Shown here: one piece after another, positions 38,921-51,732 of the stretch | How positions within the stretch are numbered: the first letter of the stretch is position 1 | Layout: each line of letters starts with the position of its first letter | Assembly (NCBI RefSeq): GCF_006345805.1 | Contig: NC_042997.1 | Location: 132,680,001 to 132,744,000, forward strand | Direction: 5' to 3' | Length of the DNA: 64,000 nucleotides | Source of the DNA: Octopus sinensis | Taxonomy: Eukaryota | The notes under the pieces: generated by a model | The model's input: only the letters and a program-made list of their open reading frames with translations | What the model was told of the DNA's origin: nothing | The model's database searches: none | Translations under genes and position numbers: made by a program

Positions 38921-39135
38921 CCTGCGTTACCTAGTGGTTAAGGGTGTTGCCCTCAGGATCGCAAGATCTTAGTTTTGATATCCGGACTTTGGTGGTGCGT
39001 TGTGGTTTTCAACAAGACTCTTCATTTCACGTCGCTTCAGTCCACTCGGCTATAAGTGAGTAATCCTCCGATAGACTTGCGTCCGATTCTGGGGGAATGT
39101 GAACTCGATCACTTATACGTCGAAGAAACTAAGTA
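38921..39135 (+). mobile_element. Old SINE family B-like copy
   Basis: CTAGTGGTTAAGGG..CAGTCCACTC..CCGATAGACTTGCGTCC. Confidence 0.55.
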
Positions 39136-39195
39136 ACTGGCGTTATAAGTCATTGAACTCGAGAGAGTAATGTTAATGGGTTGATGATGAAGATT

Positions 39196-39230
<35 letters not shown>

Positions 39231-39379
39231 TTTCGAGTAAAGGATGAAGACTACTCAACCACATAGATGTTATTGGCAAAAATACAAGACTCACAACAGG
39301 AAATTGAAGATCTACCAAAGCCAATGGAAGACAGAAGTTCATGACGCAGCACCATGAGACTCATTTTTGTCGCGTCTGC

Positions 39380-39745
39380 TTGAAGAAGAAGAAGAAGAAG
39401 AAGAAGAGAAGAAGAAGAAGAAGAAGAAGAAGAAGAAGGTGATGATGATGATGATGATGGTAATGATGATGAAGAAGAAGAGCAACAACAACAATAACAA
39501 TAGCAACAACAAGTAGAAGAAGAAGTAGAAGTAAAAGAAAAAGAGGAAGATGAAGAAGAAGAAGAAGAAGAAGAAGAAGAGAAGAAGAAGAAGATGGTGA
39601 TGATGATGATGATGAGGATGGTAATGATGATGAAGAAGAAGAGCAACAACAACAATAACAATAGCAACAACAACAAGTAGAAGAAGTAGAGGTAAAAGAA
39701 AAAGAGGAAGATGAAGAAGAAGAAGAAGGAGAAGAAGAAGAAGAA

Positions 39746-39803
<58 letters not shown>

Positions 39804-40715
39804 GTAATGATGATGAAGAGGAAGAGCAACAACAAGTAGACGAAGAAGTAGAAGTAGAAGAAGTAGAAGACGAAGAAGAAGAAGAAGAAGGAGAAGAAGA
39901 AAAAGAGGAAGACGAAGAAGAAGAAGAAGAAGAAGAAGAAGAAGAAGATGATGATGATGATGATGATGATGATGGTAATAATGATGAAGAAGAAGAGCAA
40001 CAACAACAACAAGTAGACGAAGAAGTAGAAGTAGAAGAAGTAGAAGACGAAGAAAAAGAGGAAGACGAAGAAGAAGAAGAAGAAGAAGAAGAAGAAGAAG
40101 AAGAAGAGAAGAAGAGAAGAAAAAGGAGATGATGATAATGATGATGAAGTAGAAGAGCAACAACAACAATAACAATGGCAACAACAACAATAACAATGGC
40201 AACAACAACAATAACAATGGCAACAACAACAAGTAGAAGATGTAGAAGTAGAAGACGAAGAAAAAGACGAAGAAGAAGAAGAAGAAGAGAAGAAGAAGAA
40301 GAAGAGGAGAAGAAGATGATGATGGATGATGATGATGATGATGGTAATAATGATGAAGAAGAAGAGCAACAACAACAACAAGTAGACGAAGAAGTAGAAG
40401 TAGAAGAAGTAGAAGACGAAGAAAAAGAGGAAGACGAAGAAGAAGAAGAAGAAGAAGAAGAAGAAGAAGAAGAAGAAGAAGAGAAGAAAAAGGAGATGAT
40501 GATAATGATGATGAAGTAGAAGAGCAACAACAACAATAACAATGGCAACAACAACAATAACAATGGCAACAACAACAATAACAATGGCAACAACAACAAG
40601 TAGAAGATGTAGAAGTAGAAGACGAAGAAAAAGACGAAGAAGAAGAAGAAGAAGAAGAAGAAGAAGAAGAAGAGAAGAAGAAGAAGAAGAAGGAGAAGAA
40701 GAAGAAGAAGAAGCT
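39380..40715. repeat. Compound GAA/GAT/CAA trinucleotide array with higher-order units
   Basis: About 7 units anchored by G(G/A)TAAT; the last four form a duplicated superunit of about 370 bp. Confidence 0.9.
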
Positions 40716-41114
40716 AATATGTGGCTACATGTTTGTAGGTCATTATTTTATCTCACCTGTGGACAATTCATCTCTTTCGTCACACTTCTGTGTGTCCTTT
40801 TCATTGATCTCTATGGCATTTGATGGCAATAGATTTTACACCTCTTCGTACATTGGGAAAATGAAAGCCTATTAACTTTCATTATATATATATATATATG
40901 CTAACCTCCCTTTGATTCAGCAAACGGACAAATGGCGTTTTTATTGCTACTTTTCTAGGTTTTAATGCTCTTCTAGGTGTTGATGAAGCAGGATTCGATT
41001 ATATCCTCACCTCAGCATAACAACCCACTGACATTGATGTATATATTCTCAGTCTTTTTCTCTTCCTGTTTGTCTCTATATGCAGAAGTTTCACCTACTC
41101 GTCTACACACATTC

Positions 41115-41146
<32 letters not shown>

Positions 41147-41442
41147 TCCCTCTATATATAAATTAATATGTTCAATAAGAAATAATTATTTTCGAATTTT
41201 TTTCTCTTATGAGGTTTTCACGCTATTACCTGACAATTTCTTGTTAAGTTTTCCTTATTAAGTAGTTGTCCTTAATTGCTAAATTTTTATTCCGAAAAAA
41301 CTTTTCCTTTCCCGAAATGCAATTCGTAAAAGTCCGACATTTACAGGATGTATATATGTAAACTCACCCATGTACTTCGTTGATGTTGATCAGTTAGCTG
41401 ATCGGCTTAAGCGAGGCAGGGTCGTTTATGTATGATACATCC

Positions 41443-41490
41443 AGGCCTGCTGATGAATACGTAAGTATGAAATCACTGTGATACAGGTCT
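41443..41490 (+). ncRNA. Intact-looking type I hammerhead ribozyme
   Basis: AGGCCTG-CTGATGA-ATAC gtaa GTAT-GAA-ATCAC t GTGAT-A-CAGGTCT. Stem I 7 bp, stem II 4 bp with a GNRA loop, AUA site. Confidence 0.85.
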
Positions 41491-41626
41491 ATATTTTTTA
41501 AATGTCTTACTTTGAAAAATTGCATTCGGTGGGATTAGTAATATTTTTGGTAGAAATGACTAAATGTCCCTCTTAGCGTGTGGCATGTATGTATAATGCC
41601 ATCTGGCATGGATGTATAATGCCCTC

Positions 41627-41670
<44 letters not shown>

Positions 41671-41683
41671 TATATATAATATG

Positions 41684-41741
<58 letters not shown>

Positions 41742-41742
41742 G

Positions 41743-41774
<32 letters not shown>

Positions 41775-41914
41775 TGTATGTATGTATGTATGTATGTATG
41801 TATGTATGTATGCATGTACATAAGTATATTAAAGGCTTTGTGAGAGTTACTTGATACAGTTTAGCTAAGTATAAAACAGATTGGACTTTTGAAAAAATTA
41901 TTTTGAAAATAATA

Positions 41915-42086
41915 GTAGGAGTGGCTGTGTGGTAAGTAGCTTGCTTACCAACCACATGGTTCCGGGTTCAGTCCCACTGCGTGGCACCTTGGGCAAGTGT
42001 CTTCTACTATAGCCTCGGGCCGACCAAAGCCTTGTAAGTGGATTTGGTAGACGGAAACTGAAAGAAGCCCGTCGTATATATATATG

Positions 42087-42138
<52 letters not shown>

Positions 42139-42365
42139 TGTGTGTGTGTGTGTGTCTGTGTGTGTCCCCCCAACATCGCTTGACAACCGATGCTGGTGTG
42201 TTTACGTCCCCGTAACTTAGCGGTTCGGCAAAAGAGACCGATAGAATAAGTACTAGGCTTACAAAGAGTAAGTCCTGGGGTCGATTTGCTCGACTAAAAA
42301 GGTATTGCTCCAGCATGGCCACAGTCAAATGACTGAAACAAGTAAAAGAGTAAAGAGTAAGAGTA
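41915..42365 (+). mobile_element. SINE family A copy
   Basis: Head, core and tail present. Confidence 0.95.
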
Positions 42366-42629
42366 AGTTCATATTCAAAATGTCACCAATCATTTTGGTG
42401 GAAGTTTCTTTCTAGTGTGGATGAGGGCATTCGATTAACTTTTCAAGCACATCTTATATATACGTATTTATAATTTGATAAGTGCCAACGCAAGAAGCTA
42501 TTCAAATTAGTTTGATGTACCAACGCACGAAATTCTCAGCTCTTGGGTCACTCTTTGCTTTTGCTAAATATTAATTAAAAAAATATACACATACTCATAA
42601 TTAGAGTCCCAATTTCACCTGTTTGTACC

Positions 42630-42845
42630 ACCATACGCATATATATGACCGCCTGTGTATCGTTGTCCATTTTCTTTCTCCGTCTTCCCCTCTTTGGACT
42701 TTTTCTACATTTCTGATGAAGAGCTCCTCTCGAAACGTGAAATACTCTCTCTTTTCTTTCCATTCCTTAGCATCCAATAACACTGTACTTATTCCACGAA
42801 CTCGCGTTTTTGTATTTTCTTGCTGGTTCATGATTGGATCAACTA
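42630..42845 (+). mobile_element. About 200-bp hammerhead-bearing repeat unit with mutated cleavage site (GUG)
   Basis: ATTT-CTGATGA-A-GAGCTCCTCTC-GAAACGTG-AAAT at 42709-42743. Confidence 0.65.
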
Positions 42846-42870
42846 TATATATATATATATATATACTCAT

Positions 42871-42960
42871 AAATCGACCCCGGGACTTATTCTTTGTAAG
42901 CCTAGTACTTAATCTATCGGCCTCTTTCGCCGAACCGCTAAGTGACGGGGATATAAACAC

Positions 42961-42999
<39 letters not shown>

Positions 43000-43250
43000 A
43001 CACCAGCGTCGGTTGTCAAGCAATGCTAGGGGAACAAATACGGACACACAAACATACACACACACAAATATATATATATATACATATATACGGCGAGCGT
43101 CTTTCAGTTTCCGTCTACCAAATTCACTCACAAGGCTTTGGTCGGCCCGAGGCTATAGTAGAAGACTTGCCCAAGATGCCACACAGTGGGACTGAACCCG
43201 GATCCATGTGGTTGGTAAGCAAGCTACTTACCACACAGCCACTCTTGCAC
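42871..43250 (-). mobile_element. SINE family A copy lacking its tail
   Basis: Head and core present. Confidence 0.9.
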
Positions 43251-43792
43251 CTATATGTATATATATAAATATATATATATAGTATATATTTGTACTCATC
43301 TTAATTTGTATTTTATGTTATTTATCTATTTATTTATTCATTTATATATATGTGGATATATACATATTAGCAGTCTTATATATTAAGTTTATCTTTGTAT
43401 TTATCTTAATTTGTATTCTATGGTATTTATCTATTTATTTACTCATTTATTTATATGTAGACATATACATATATATCCATTATTTATTAATATATATGTA
43501 TACATGTTTTTACTTATATTTTCATTTTTATATTTTAATTATTTCACTTTATTTTATTTTATTATATTTTATTTTTATTTTTATTTTCATTTTTAAGTAA
43601 TAACAATTATTAATTTATAATTAATTTAATTTGTAATTATTTACTTATATACTATTTATTGGTAAGTCCTGTTAATTATTATATATGTACTTTACGTCCA
43701 CTGATATTATTTAATGGTAAATCATGTTAATTATTATATATGTATTTATACGTCCACTGATACTTAAATATATATATGTAGGTACTCCGAAT

Positions 43793-44972
43793 GTTAGTTA
43801 GGTTAGTTAGTTAATTTGGCTCAAAAGCAAATAGCAAGGCCATGTAGGGGGACATGGAGTTAAGTACAGGGTGGTGTTCATGTAAAGAGTTCAGGCCATT
43901 TCTGGTCAAGGGAGACTTTGAAACGAGCGGTCGTCGGCATCTTCACCATCTCGTCTGGCAGCTTGTTCCACGGATCCGCAACCCGGGCGGAGAAAGCTCC
44001 TCTCCTTCGATTGAGATGAAATCGTCGCAGGTAGAGCTTTTCGGAATGACCCCGCAGCCGACGCTCTGGAGCAGGAGTGAAGAACAGCTCTTTCGAGAGG
44101 TTACACTTTCCGCTTATGATGTTGTGGGCGAGAATGAGATCACCACGGCGGCGGCGTTTTTCAAGAGAATAAAGGTCGAGCGTCCTCAGCCTTTCTTCGT
44201 AGGACAACTTTTTGAGACCATGAACCATGCGGGTAGCCAGCTTCTGGACTCTTTCGAGATGCTGTATGTCTTTGAGGAGATAAGGAGAAGAGGCTTGAAT
44301 CCCATACTCCAATATGGGTCTCACCAGCGTGACATAGAGTGGTAGGAATATGGCTGCTGTGAGCATTCCGAATGACCGTCGAATCAAGAACAGAATTCCG
44401 GGTGCTTTGTTGGCAGCATGGACGCACTGGGCCGAAGGCGAAAAGGAGGAATCCACCAAGATACCCAGGTCCTTTACCTGATCGGTCCTCTCCAGCAGCA
44501 GACGACCCGGCTCGAAATCAAGTTGAGTTGCAGGAGTAGAGCCGACAGGCAGATGACAGCACTTTGACACGTTCAGACACAGGTCCCAATCGTTAGACCA
44601 CTTCCAAATTTGGTGGAGGCATCGACGAAGATCCTCTATATTACCGCGAGGAGCGACCAGTTTGATATCGTCGGCAAATAGAAGGGTGTGTTGCGTGAGG
44701 TTGTCGGGCAAGTCATTTATGAAGACTAAGAACAACAAGGGCCCAAGCACTGAACCTTGAGGCACGCCACTGCTTGCACTGGAGACGTCGGACCGCGAAC
44801 CATTAACTTGGACTTGGAAGGAGCGATCTGAGAGGAAGGCACCAACCCATCGTACAATATCCGGATGGAAACTATATGCTTGAAGCTTGACAAGTAATAG
44901 GCGGTGGTTTACCGAGTCAAAAGCTTTGGCAAAGTCCAATAAAACGATGTCAACAGCATCACTATCATCAAA
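43793..44972 (-). mobile_element. CR1-clade LINE 3' fragment, family 1, with a 353-aa RT ORF
   Basis: DFAKAFDSV..GVPQGSVLGPLLF..FADDIKL..; same family as 20524-21330; (TAAC)n tail. Confidence 0.95.
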
Positions 44973-46170
44973 TGTGAAAGTATATATGTTTGTTGTTACA
45001 CAGGAGTATACATATGGATGTGTAGATGTGAGTATAATTCTACTAGTTTGTTGGTGAGAGATTAAATAGGAATATAATGGTAATGTAACAATATTAGACT
45101 TCTTACGATGTGATGTTATTTGTATAAGTTATAAGGTGTTGTTTTGATTATATATCTTAGAATATTAGCGTATTTTGACTTTTTACAATTAATTTCTTAT
45201 AATTTAATTAATATAAACCTCTGTTAACTTAGTATATATGTATTTTTACGTCTTTTAATAGACAAACATAAACGGGTATTTTGTATTTTATAATTTAGTA
45301 AATATTTGAATAGAAACATAGTGGTAATGATATAGACATTTTTAGTTCTAAGATATTTTGTTTACGAAAAATACGGTGTCATCTTAATTATGTACCTTAT
45401 GATAAATTACATTCTCCATCTAGGTATAATTATATGTATGATTGAATTTACGGATTTATGGACATATGTGAGTGGATCTGTCTGTAAACATTTATATGTG
45501 TGTATCAGTGGGATAGTACCTCTTATGCTACTTATGATCTGGTTGTGTATGTGGGTGTGGGTGTGTGTGTGTATGTGTGTGTGTGTAAACATGTGATTAT
45601 GTCTGTATGTGCACACGTTTGTGCATGTTCGTGCGCGTGTGTATGTTTCCTAGCTAACTAACCGTAAAATATCTATTGTAATTCAAATTTAAAAGTATAG
45701 GCCAATCGAATGCATCTGTGGAAATTAATACCATGCAAACAGAAGAATTTGACTGATTACATATATATGCAGATATATATTTGCATTGAATAATACTATG
45801 GTGGTATTTATTGGTCTTCAGTGTTGCTAATATGTTGTTGTTAATTGTGAGATATATGTATTGTTTGATTAGTAATGATGTTGTTAGTATAGCATTATTG
45901 ACTTTTTGTAAAGTAACACAAATTAATATAATGAACTATTTACTATATATGTCTGCATTAAGTATGAATATATCTGTTGTAATTTCTTAATATTGGTTGA
46001 TGAACTGTAGCATTCAATATAGAACATTATTATGTTTATTGATATATATTGATTTATATTATTTATATTATTATGTATGTGTATATGTGTATATATATAT
46101 AAGGATATGAGTATATATGCACTCATATTTATATTTATATGTAAATGATTTTTGGGTATGTACTCATACT

Positions 46171-46302
46171 TACATTAGAATCTCCGAAGAGGCCATAAGA
46201 TAATTTTGTTAATGCCTCATTTGTACCTGCAATATATAGCTAATATAGGTTAAATGAGACATACCTATCTGCATCGCCGAAACAGCTGTCAGTTATAATG
46301 TA
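46171..46302 (+). ncRNA. Type I hammerhead motif with about 88-nt stem II insert and C4 core variant
   Basis: TACATTAgAAtCT-CCGAAGA-GGC..GCC-GAAAC AGCT GTC-AGTTATAATGTA. Internal hairpin ATGCCTCATTT/AAATGAGACAT. Confidence 0.65.
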
Positions 46303-46496
46303 TATGTATTTTTATATCTTGTTATATTTATTTAGTTGTATCTCATTATATTGATTGTAATTATTGTACTGTATAATGTCTAATCTTAATGCTCTTGTGT
46401 AGTGTTTTTATAAGTATATGATTCAGTATTATCTGATAGTTGATGAATGATTTAGATATATTTCTCCATTTTCTCATTTTGTATTATATATCTTAC

Positions 46497-46527
<31 letters not shown>

Positions 46528-47135
46528 AATACACATATATATATATATAAACATACATATATACATACATATATATATATATATATATATGCATATATGT
46601 ATATATATATATATAATATATATATATATATATAATATGTATGTATATATATATGTATATATATGCAGGCACCGATAAGGCACAGGAAGTGTGTCAATAG
46701 CCAGCTGGAAAAGATGTTCTCCTGGGGCTACAAGCTACAGTAACATCCGCCCTTAGTGGTTAGCCATATTTAGATGGTAAATATACTTCACACACGCGCA
46801 CACACACACACATATATATATGTCTAAGTGAGTTAGAGGTTAACCATCTAAGGGATAATAACTATACAATATACTGCTGGATGTATATCTATGTATTTAT
46901 ATCCAAATGCTTACTGTTGTAAGGCAATAACGCAATTGAATAATAGGTATGAGTGGAGGTACACAAAAGTTTACCAGGAATTTATACGGCTAAGAAGAAA
47001 TTGGAGAAGATAATTAGTTGACAAACATCATCTTATAAACATTAATTAGATCTACTTATTAATTAGAATCATATGGATAAATAAATAAATAAATAATACA
47101 TAAGAATAAATGGCCGCAGTCAAATGACTGAAACA

Positions 47136-47167
<32 letters not shown>

Positions 47168-47183
47168 TATGTATATATATATT

Positions 47184-47221
<38 letters not shown>

Positions 47222-47351
47222 AGGGTCGCACACATGCACGCACATATACGCCCACACACACACACACAAGTACACACGTACACATGCACGCACACGTATA
47301 AAGAATACATCTTGCTCATAAATTCCTTGAACGTTGTAGAGAATATATATA

Positions 47352-47523
47352 GGCGTAGGAGTGGCTGTGCGGTAAGTAGCTTACTTACCAACCACATGGT
47401 TCCGGGTTCAGTCCCACTGCGTGACACCTTGGGTAGGTGCCTTCTACTATAGAATCGGGCCTACCACAGCCTTGTGAGTGGATTTGGTACAGGGAAATTG
47501 AATGAAGCTCGTCGTAAAAAAAA

Positions 47524-47572
<49 letters not shown>

Positions 47573-47784
47573 TATATGTGTGTCGTTTGTGTGTATGTGT
47601 GTGCATCTGTGCCCCCCCACCATCGCTTGACAATCGATGTTGGCGTGTTTACGTCCCCGTAATTCACTGATAGAGTAAGTACTAGACTTACGAAGAATAA
47701 GTCCTGGGGTCGATTTGTTCGACAACAGGCTGTGCTCCAGCATGAGCGCAGTCAAATGACTGAAACAAATAAAAGAATAAAATA
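47352..47784 (+). mobile_element. SINE family A copy
   Basis: Head, core and tail present. Confidence 0.9.
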
Positions 47785-48399
47785 ATAGTATATATATATT
47801 TATACATAGTGATGCATTGGAACTGCGCCACGTTCAAGGAATTTATGAGCAAGATGTATTCTTGTATGTATAGATATATATCACACAACACACACACATA
47901 TATATATAATATATATATATTATATATATATATTATATATATATTATATATATATTATATGCATAATGTATGTATTAGAACTCTACCAGTTCAAAGTATT
48001 TATGTGCAAGATGTATCCTTTGTATGTGTGTGCGCATGTGTACATGTGTATGTTTGTGTGTTTTATGTGTGTGTGTGTGCGTGTGCGTGTCTGTGCGTGC
48101 ATGTGTGCGTGCATATCACCGCAAATGTTTCTTGACATTTAGTCCGTGGGCGGGGACCTATATTTAATTTGCTTAACGTTAGTGATTCGGTATCTAGGCA
48201 ACGGATTAACGAGCTGTAGCATTTAGACGAGACACTTCACTCTCTCTCTGTAAATGAGATGTTGACGACAGTGGGGAGGAAAGAGGAAAAATGATATATA
48301 CGCTTCCGGATTACCAACCGAAGAATCAAGAAAGAGTCATATATAAGATATACATATAAAATATATATACATATGGAAAATCCTAAAAGGGCTAGTATT

Positions 48400-48798
48400 A
48401 ACTTTGACATTGAGTATTATACAAATGCCAGAACTGGTCGGCATCGTATTGTACCAAAGTCACCATCGACTCCATCTAAGTTCAGAACCAGGTATTGCAA
48501 TAGTCTAGGGTTCAAAGGCCCACAGCTCTTCAATGCCCTGCGACAAAAATTAAGAAATTTGCATAAGGTGGAAGTAGATGTCTTCAAAAAGGAACTAGAC
48601 ATTCTCCTCTCCACAATACATTAAGTACAGACGAGGGCAGCAGAGTCAAACTCCCTTATACACCAAATGTACTAACAGCTGGGACAAAGGCTCATACAGG
48701 TGTGGTGATGTGAAACACCCAGACTAAGTTAGAAAGACCATGGTGGTGCTCCAGTATGACCACTGCGCATGGCTGATACGAGAAAAAGAGTAAAAGAG

Positions 48799-48800
<2 letters not shown>
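48400..48800 (+). mobile_element. CR1-clade LINE 3' end (family 2) with SINE-like tail
   Basis: RTRYCNSLGFKGPQLFN..VFKKELD; tail GGTGGTGCTCCAGTATGACC..AAAAAGAGTAAAAGAG. Confidence 0.8.
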
Positions 48801-48849
<49 letters not shown>

Positions 48850-48850
48850 T

Positions 48851-49020
48851 TTACTCTTTTACTTTTTTACTTCTTTCAGTCATTTGACTGAAGCCATGCT
48901 GGAGCACCGCCTTTAGTCGAGCAAATCGATGCTAGGAATTATTCTTTACGGGGAGATGAACACACTACCATCGGTTGTCAAGCGATGTTGTGGGGAGAAA
49001 CACAGACACACACAAACACA

Positions 49021-49062
<42 letters not shown>

Positions 49063-49220
49063 ACACACATATATATATATTTATATATATATATACATAT
49101 ATACGTACGGCTTCTTTTCAGTTTCCTTCAACCAAATGCACTCATAAGGTGCCACGCAGTGGGACTGAACCCAGAACCATGTGGTTGGTAAGCGAGCTAC
49201 TAACCACACAGCCACTCCTA
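48851..49220 (-). mobile_element. SINE family A copy with internal deletions
   Basis: Head and tail present. Confidence 0.85.
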
Positions 49221-49251
<31 letters not shown>

Positions 49252-49252
49252 C

Positions 49253-49335
<83 letters not shown>

Positions 49336-49337
49336 GT

Positions 49338-50038
49338 ACTGTAAAAATTATAAGAGTAGAAAATTTAGGAAAATTTTTATACCGGTGAGTATTAAAAGTC
49401 AATAGACAACATATTTTCATTTATAAAAGTGTTTAGCTTTTATACACGTGCTAGAGAGGGCAGCCAAACTCAAACCACGAACAAAAGTATTTCGAAGAAG
49501 AGTGAAAACAACAATTATTTATAGTTATCCCTTTACAGGTTGCCTTTGCTCTCAGTGCATAAATAGTATACACTTTTATACCTGAAAATATATTGTCTAA
49601 TGACTTTTATTACGTATACTAACCAACTGTATCGAAGTTTTTCTAAATTTCTACCCTTATAAGTTTCACAGTAATATTTTCATAATTTCAGACTTGGTGA
49701 ACAGTTTTAATTTTATTATTTGCCGCTGACTATATGACTGCGCTTGCGCGGTTGATTTCAAAACAAATGTATAAGTATGCAGCACAGGTGGAATATCGGT
49801 GCGTATTTGCTACATAATTATGCATTGTCTTAGGCGATCCAATTAATGAAGTACACATGACATTAATTTATTTGTTCGTTAATACAGAAACTCGTGTTTT
49901 AGATTAACTATAAATAATTGTCTTATATTCTCTTTGGAATTACTTCTTTTCGTGGTTTGCGTTTGGCTGCCCTCTCTAGCATGTAAGGCGTCCTGTAAAG
50001 GGTCACCTCTGTGTATAAATACTAAACACTTTTGTATA

Positions 50039-50040
<2 letters not shown>
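49338..50040. repeat. Interleaved inverted-repeat (foldback/MITE-like) structure
   Basis: 49338-49440 pairs with 49560-49672, and 49410-49550 pairs with 49900-50040. Confidence 0.8.
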
Positions 50041-50069
<29 letters not shown>

Positions 50070-50072
<3 letters not shown>

Positions 50073-51418
50073 CTTTTATCTTTTACTGATTTCAGTCCAG
50101 GGCTTAGGTCATGCTCGTACACCAACTGTAGTTACACGGTATTGTTTGTAGTATTGTTTTGGGTGAAGTAGCGAGTTGAACGGAGCTGCTCTTCTTTGCA
50201 TTCTCCTGCCGCGATGTGGGTTCATCTGGTATCCCAGAGAGAAACCTGTCCAGACGTTCTTTGAAAACTTCCACATCAACACCATGTAAATCTCTAAGGT
50301 TGCCTGGCAAGATGTTGAATAATTGCGGGCCCTTGAAACCCAGAATATTGCAGTACTGTGTCCTTATTTTAGATGAGGAAGACAGGATCCTTGGTGATGC
50401 AGTGCCGTCCAGTTCGGAGATTGGTATAGCTGTCAATTCCAAAATTGGGAGCTAAACCCTATAAGATCTTCCAAATATATATAACCGCATATCTCTCTCG
50501 TCTCCTCTCCAGGGAATAGAGACGCAGATCCTTTAGCCTCTCCCAGTAACTCGTCTCTTGCATCGAGTCATTCTCCTTTGTGCATTGGCCCTGGATTTCT
50601 TTGAATTCCACAGTTTGTTTCACACCCTCTGGGACCATAGTTGGGAGCAGTGATCAAGGCTACCGACAGCGTTAGTCCTTCATAGCAGTAGCAGGGCCTC
50701 CCTTTTCCTGCTTCTGAATATCCTCAAAATCCATCCAGACACCCACCTGCACAGAGCCGCCATCCCACAATATATACATAGAATGTTGCATCATTGCTCA
50801 TGTGAACCCCAAGGTCACGCACCAACCCTGACGTCAGGTCGAGTGTATTCCGATTTTAGCTTGGTGTTGCGCCGCTAGTAAAGTGCCTGAAATTTCATAG
50901 CATTGAACTGCATGTTATTTTTGTTCGCCGACTTGTATATTTTATTCCGATCTTTCTGCAGTTTTATGATGTCCTCCGTGTTCCTAACTGCCTGCGATAC
51001 GTTTGCGTCGTCAGTATAATTGTTCAGATTGACTGACTGTACCGCAGAGGGCATGTCTGAGAGGGGCACAACAAATAGTAGTGGCCCCAGTACAGTTCCC
51101 TGTGGGGCACCGCTGAGAAATGGTGTCTCTCCAGAGTGAGCTCCATTGACTACAACTGTCTGGCCCATGACCTTCAGAAAATCATGCAGCCACTCTCCCA
51201 GTTTCCCAGTAATACCGAGGTTTTGCATTTTGTGAGATATCATGCCAGTTTGTCGAAGGCCTTCGCAAAGTCGACGTATATCACGTCTACAGCTGAGTGG
51301 TTTAGCTGTTGTTTCAGAAACCAATGAAAGTGCTGCAGCAACTGTGTGAGGAAGCCCCTCCCTTGGACGGAAGCCATGTTGCGTCTTTGTGAGAAGCTTG
51401 TTTTCTTCTAGGAACGTG
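50070..51418 (-). mobile_element. CR1-clade LINE (family 2) RT plus 3' end, pseudogenised
   Basis: [46 protein letters not shown]; tail GTAAAAGATAAAAGATA. Confidence 0.9.
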
Positions 51419-51442
51419 CATATATATATATATATATATATC

Positions 51443-51477
<35 letters not shown>

Positions 51478-51694
51478 GTATGCATGTATGTATGCATGTA
51501 TGTATGCATATATAGATACATACATACATATATATAATATATATAATATATATACATATATGTATATACTCATATATACATGCATATATATGTATACCAC
51601 ACACATATATATATATGCACATACACACACACACCACACACACACACACACCACACACACCACACACACACACACACATCATATATATATAATA

Positions 51695-51732
<38 letters not shown>

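Noticed and set aside
39251-40599. Three long minus-strand ORFs (297-412 aa)
   Set aside because: Poly-S/F/L/I/H products of trinucleotide repeats, with no coding signature.
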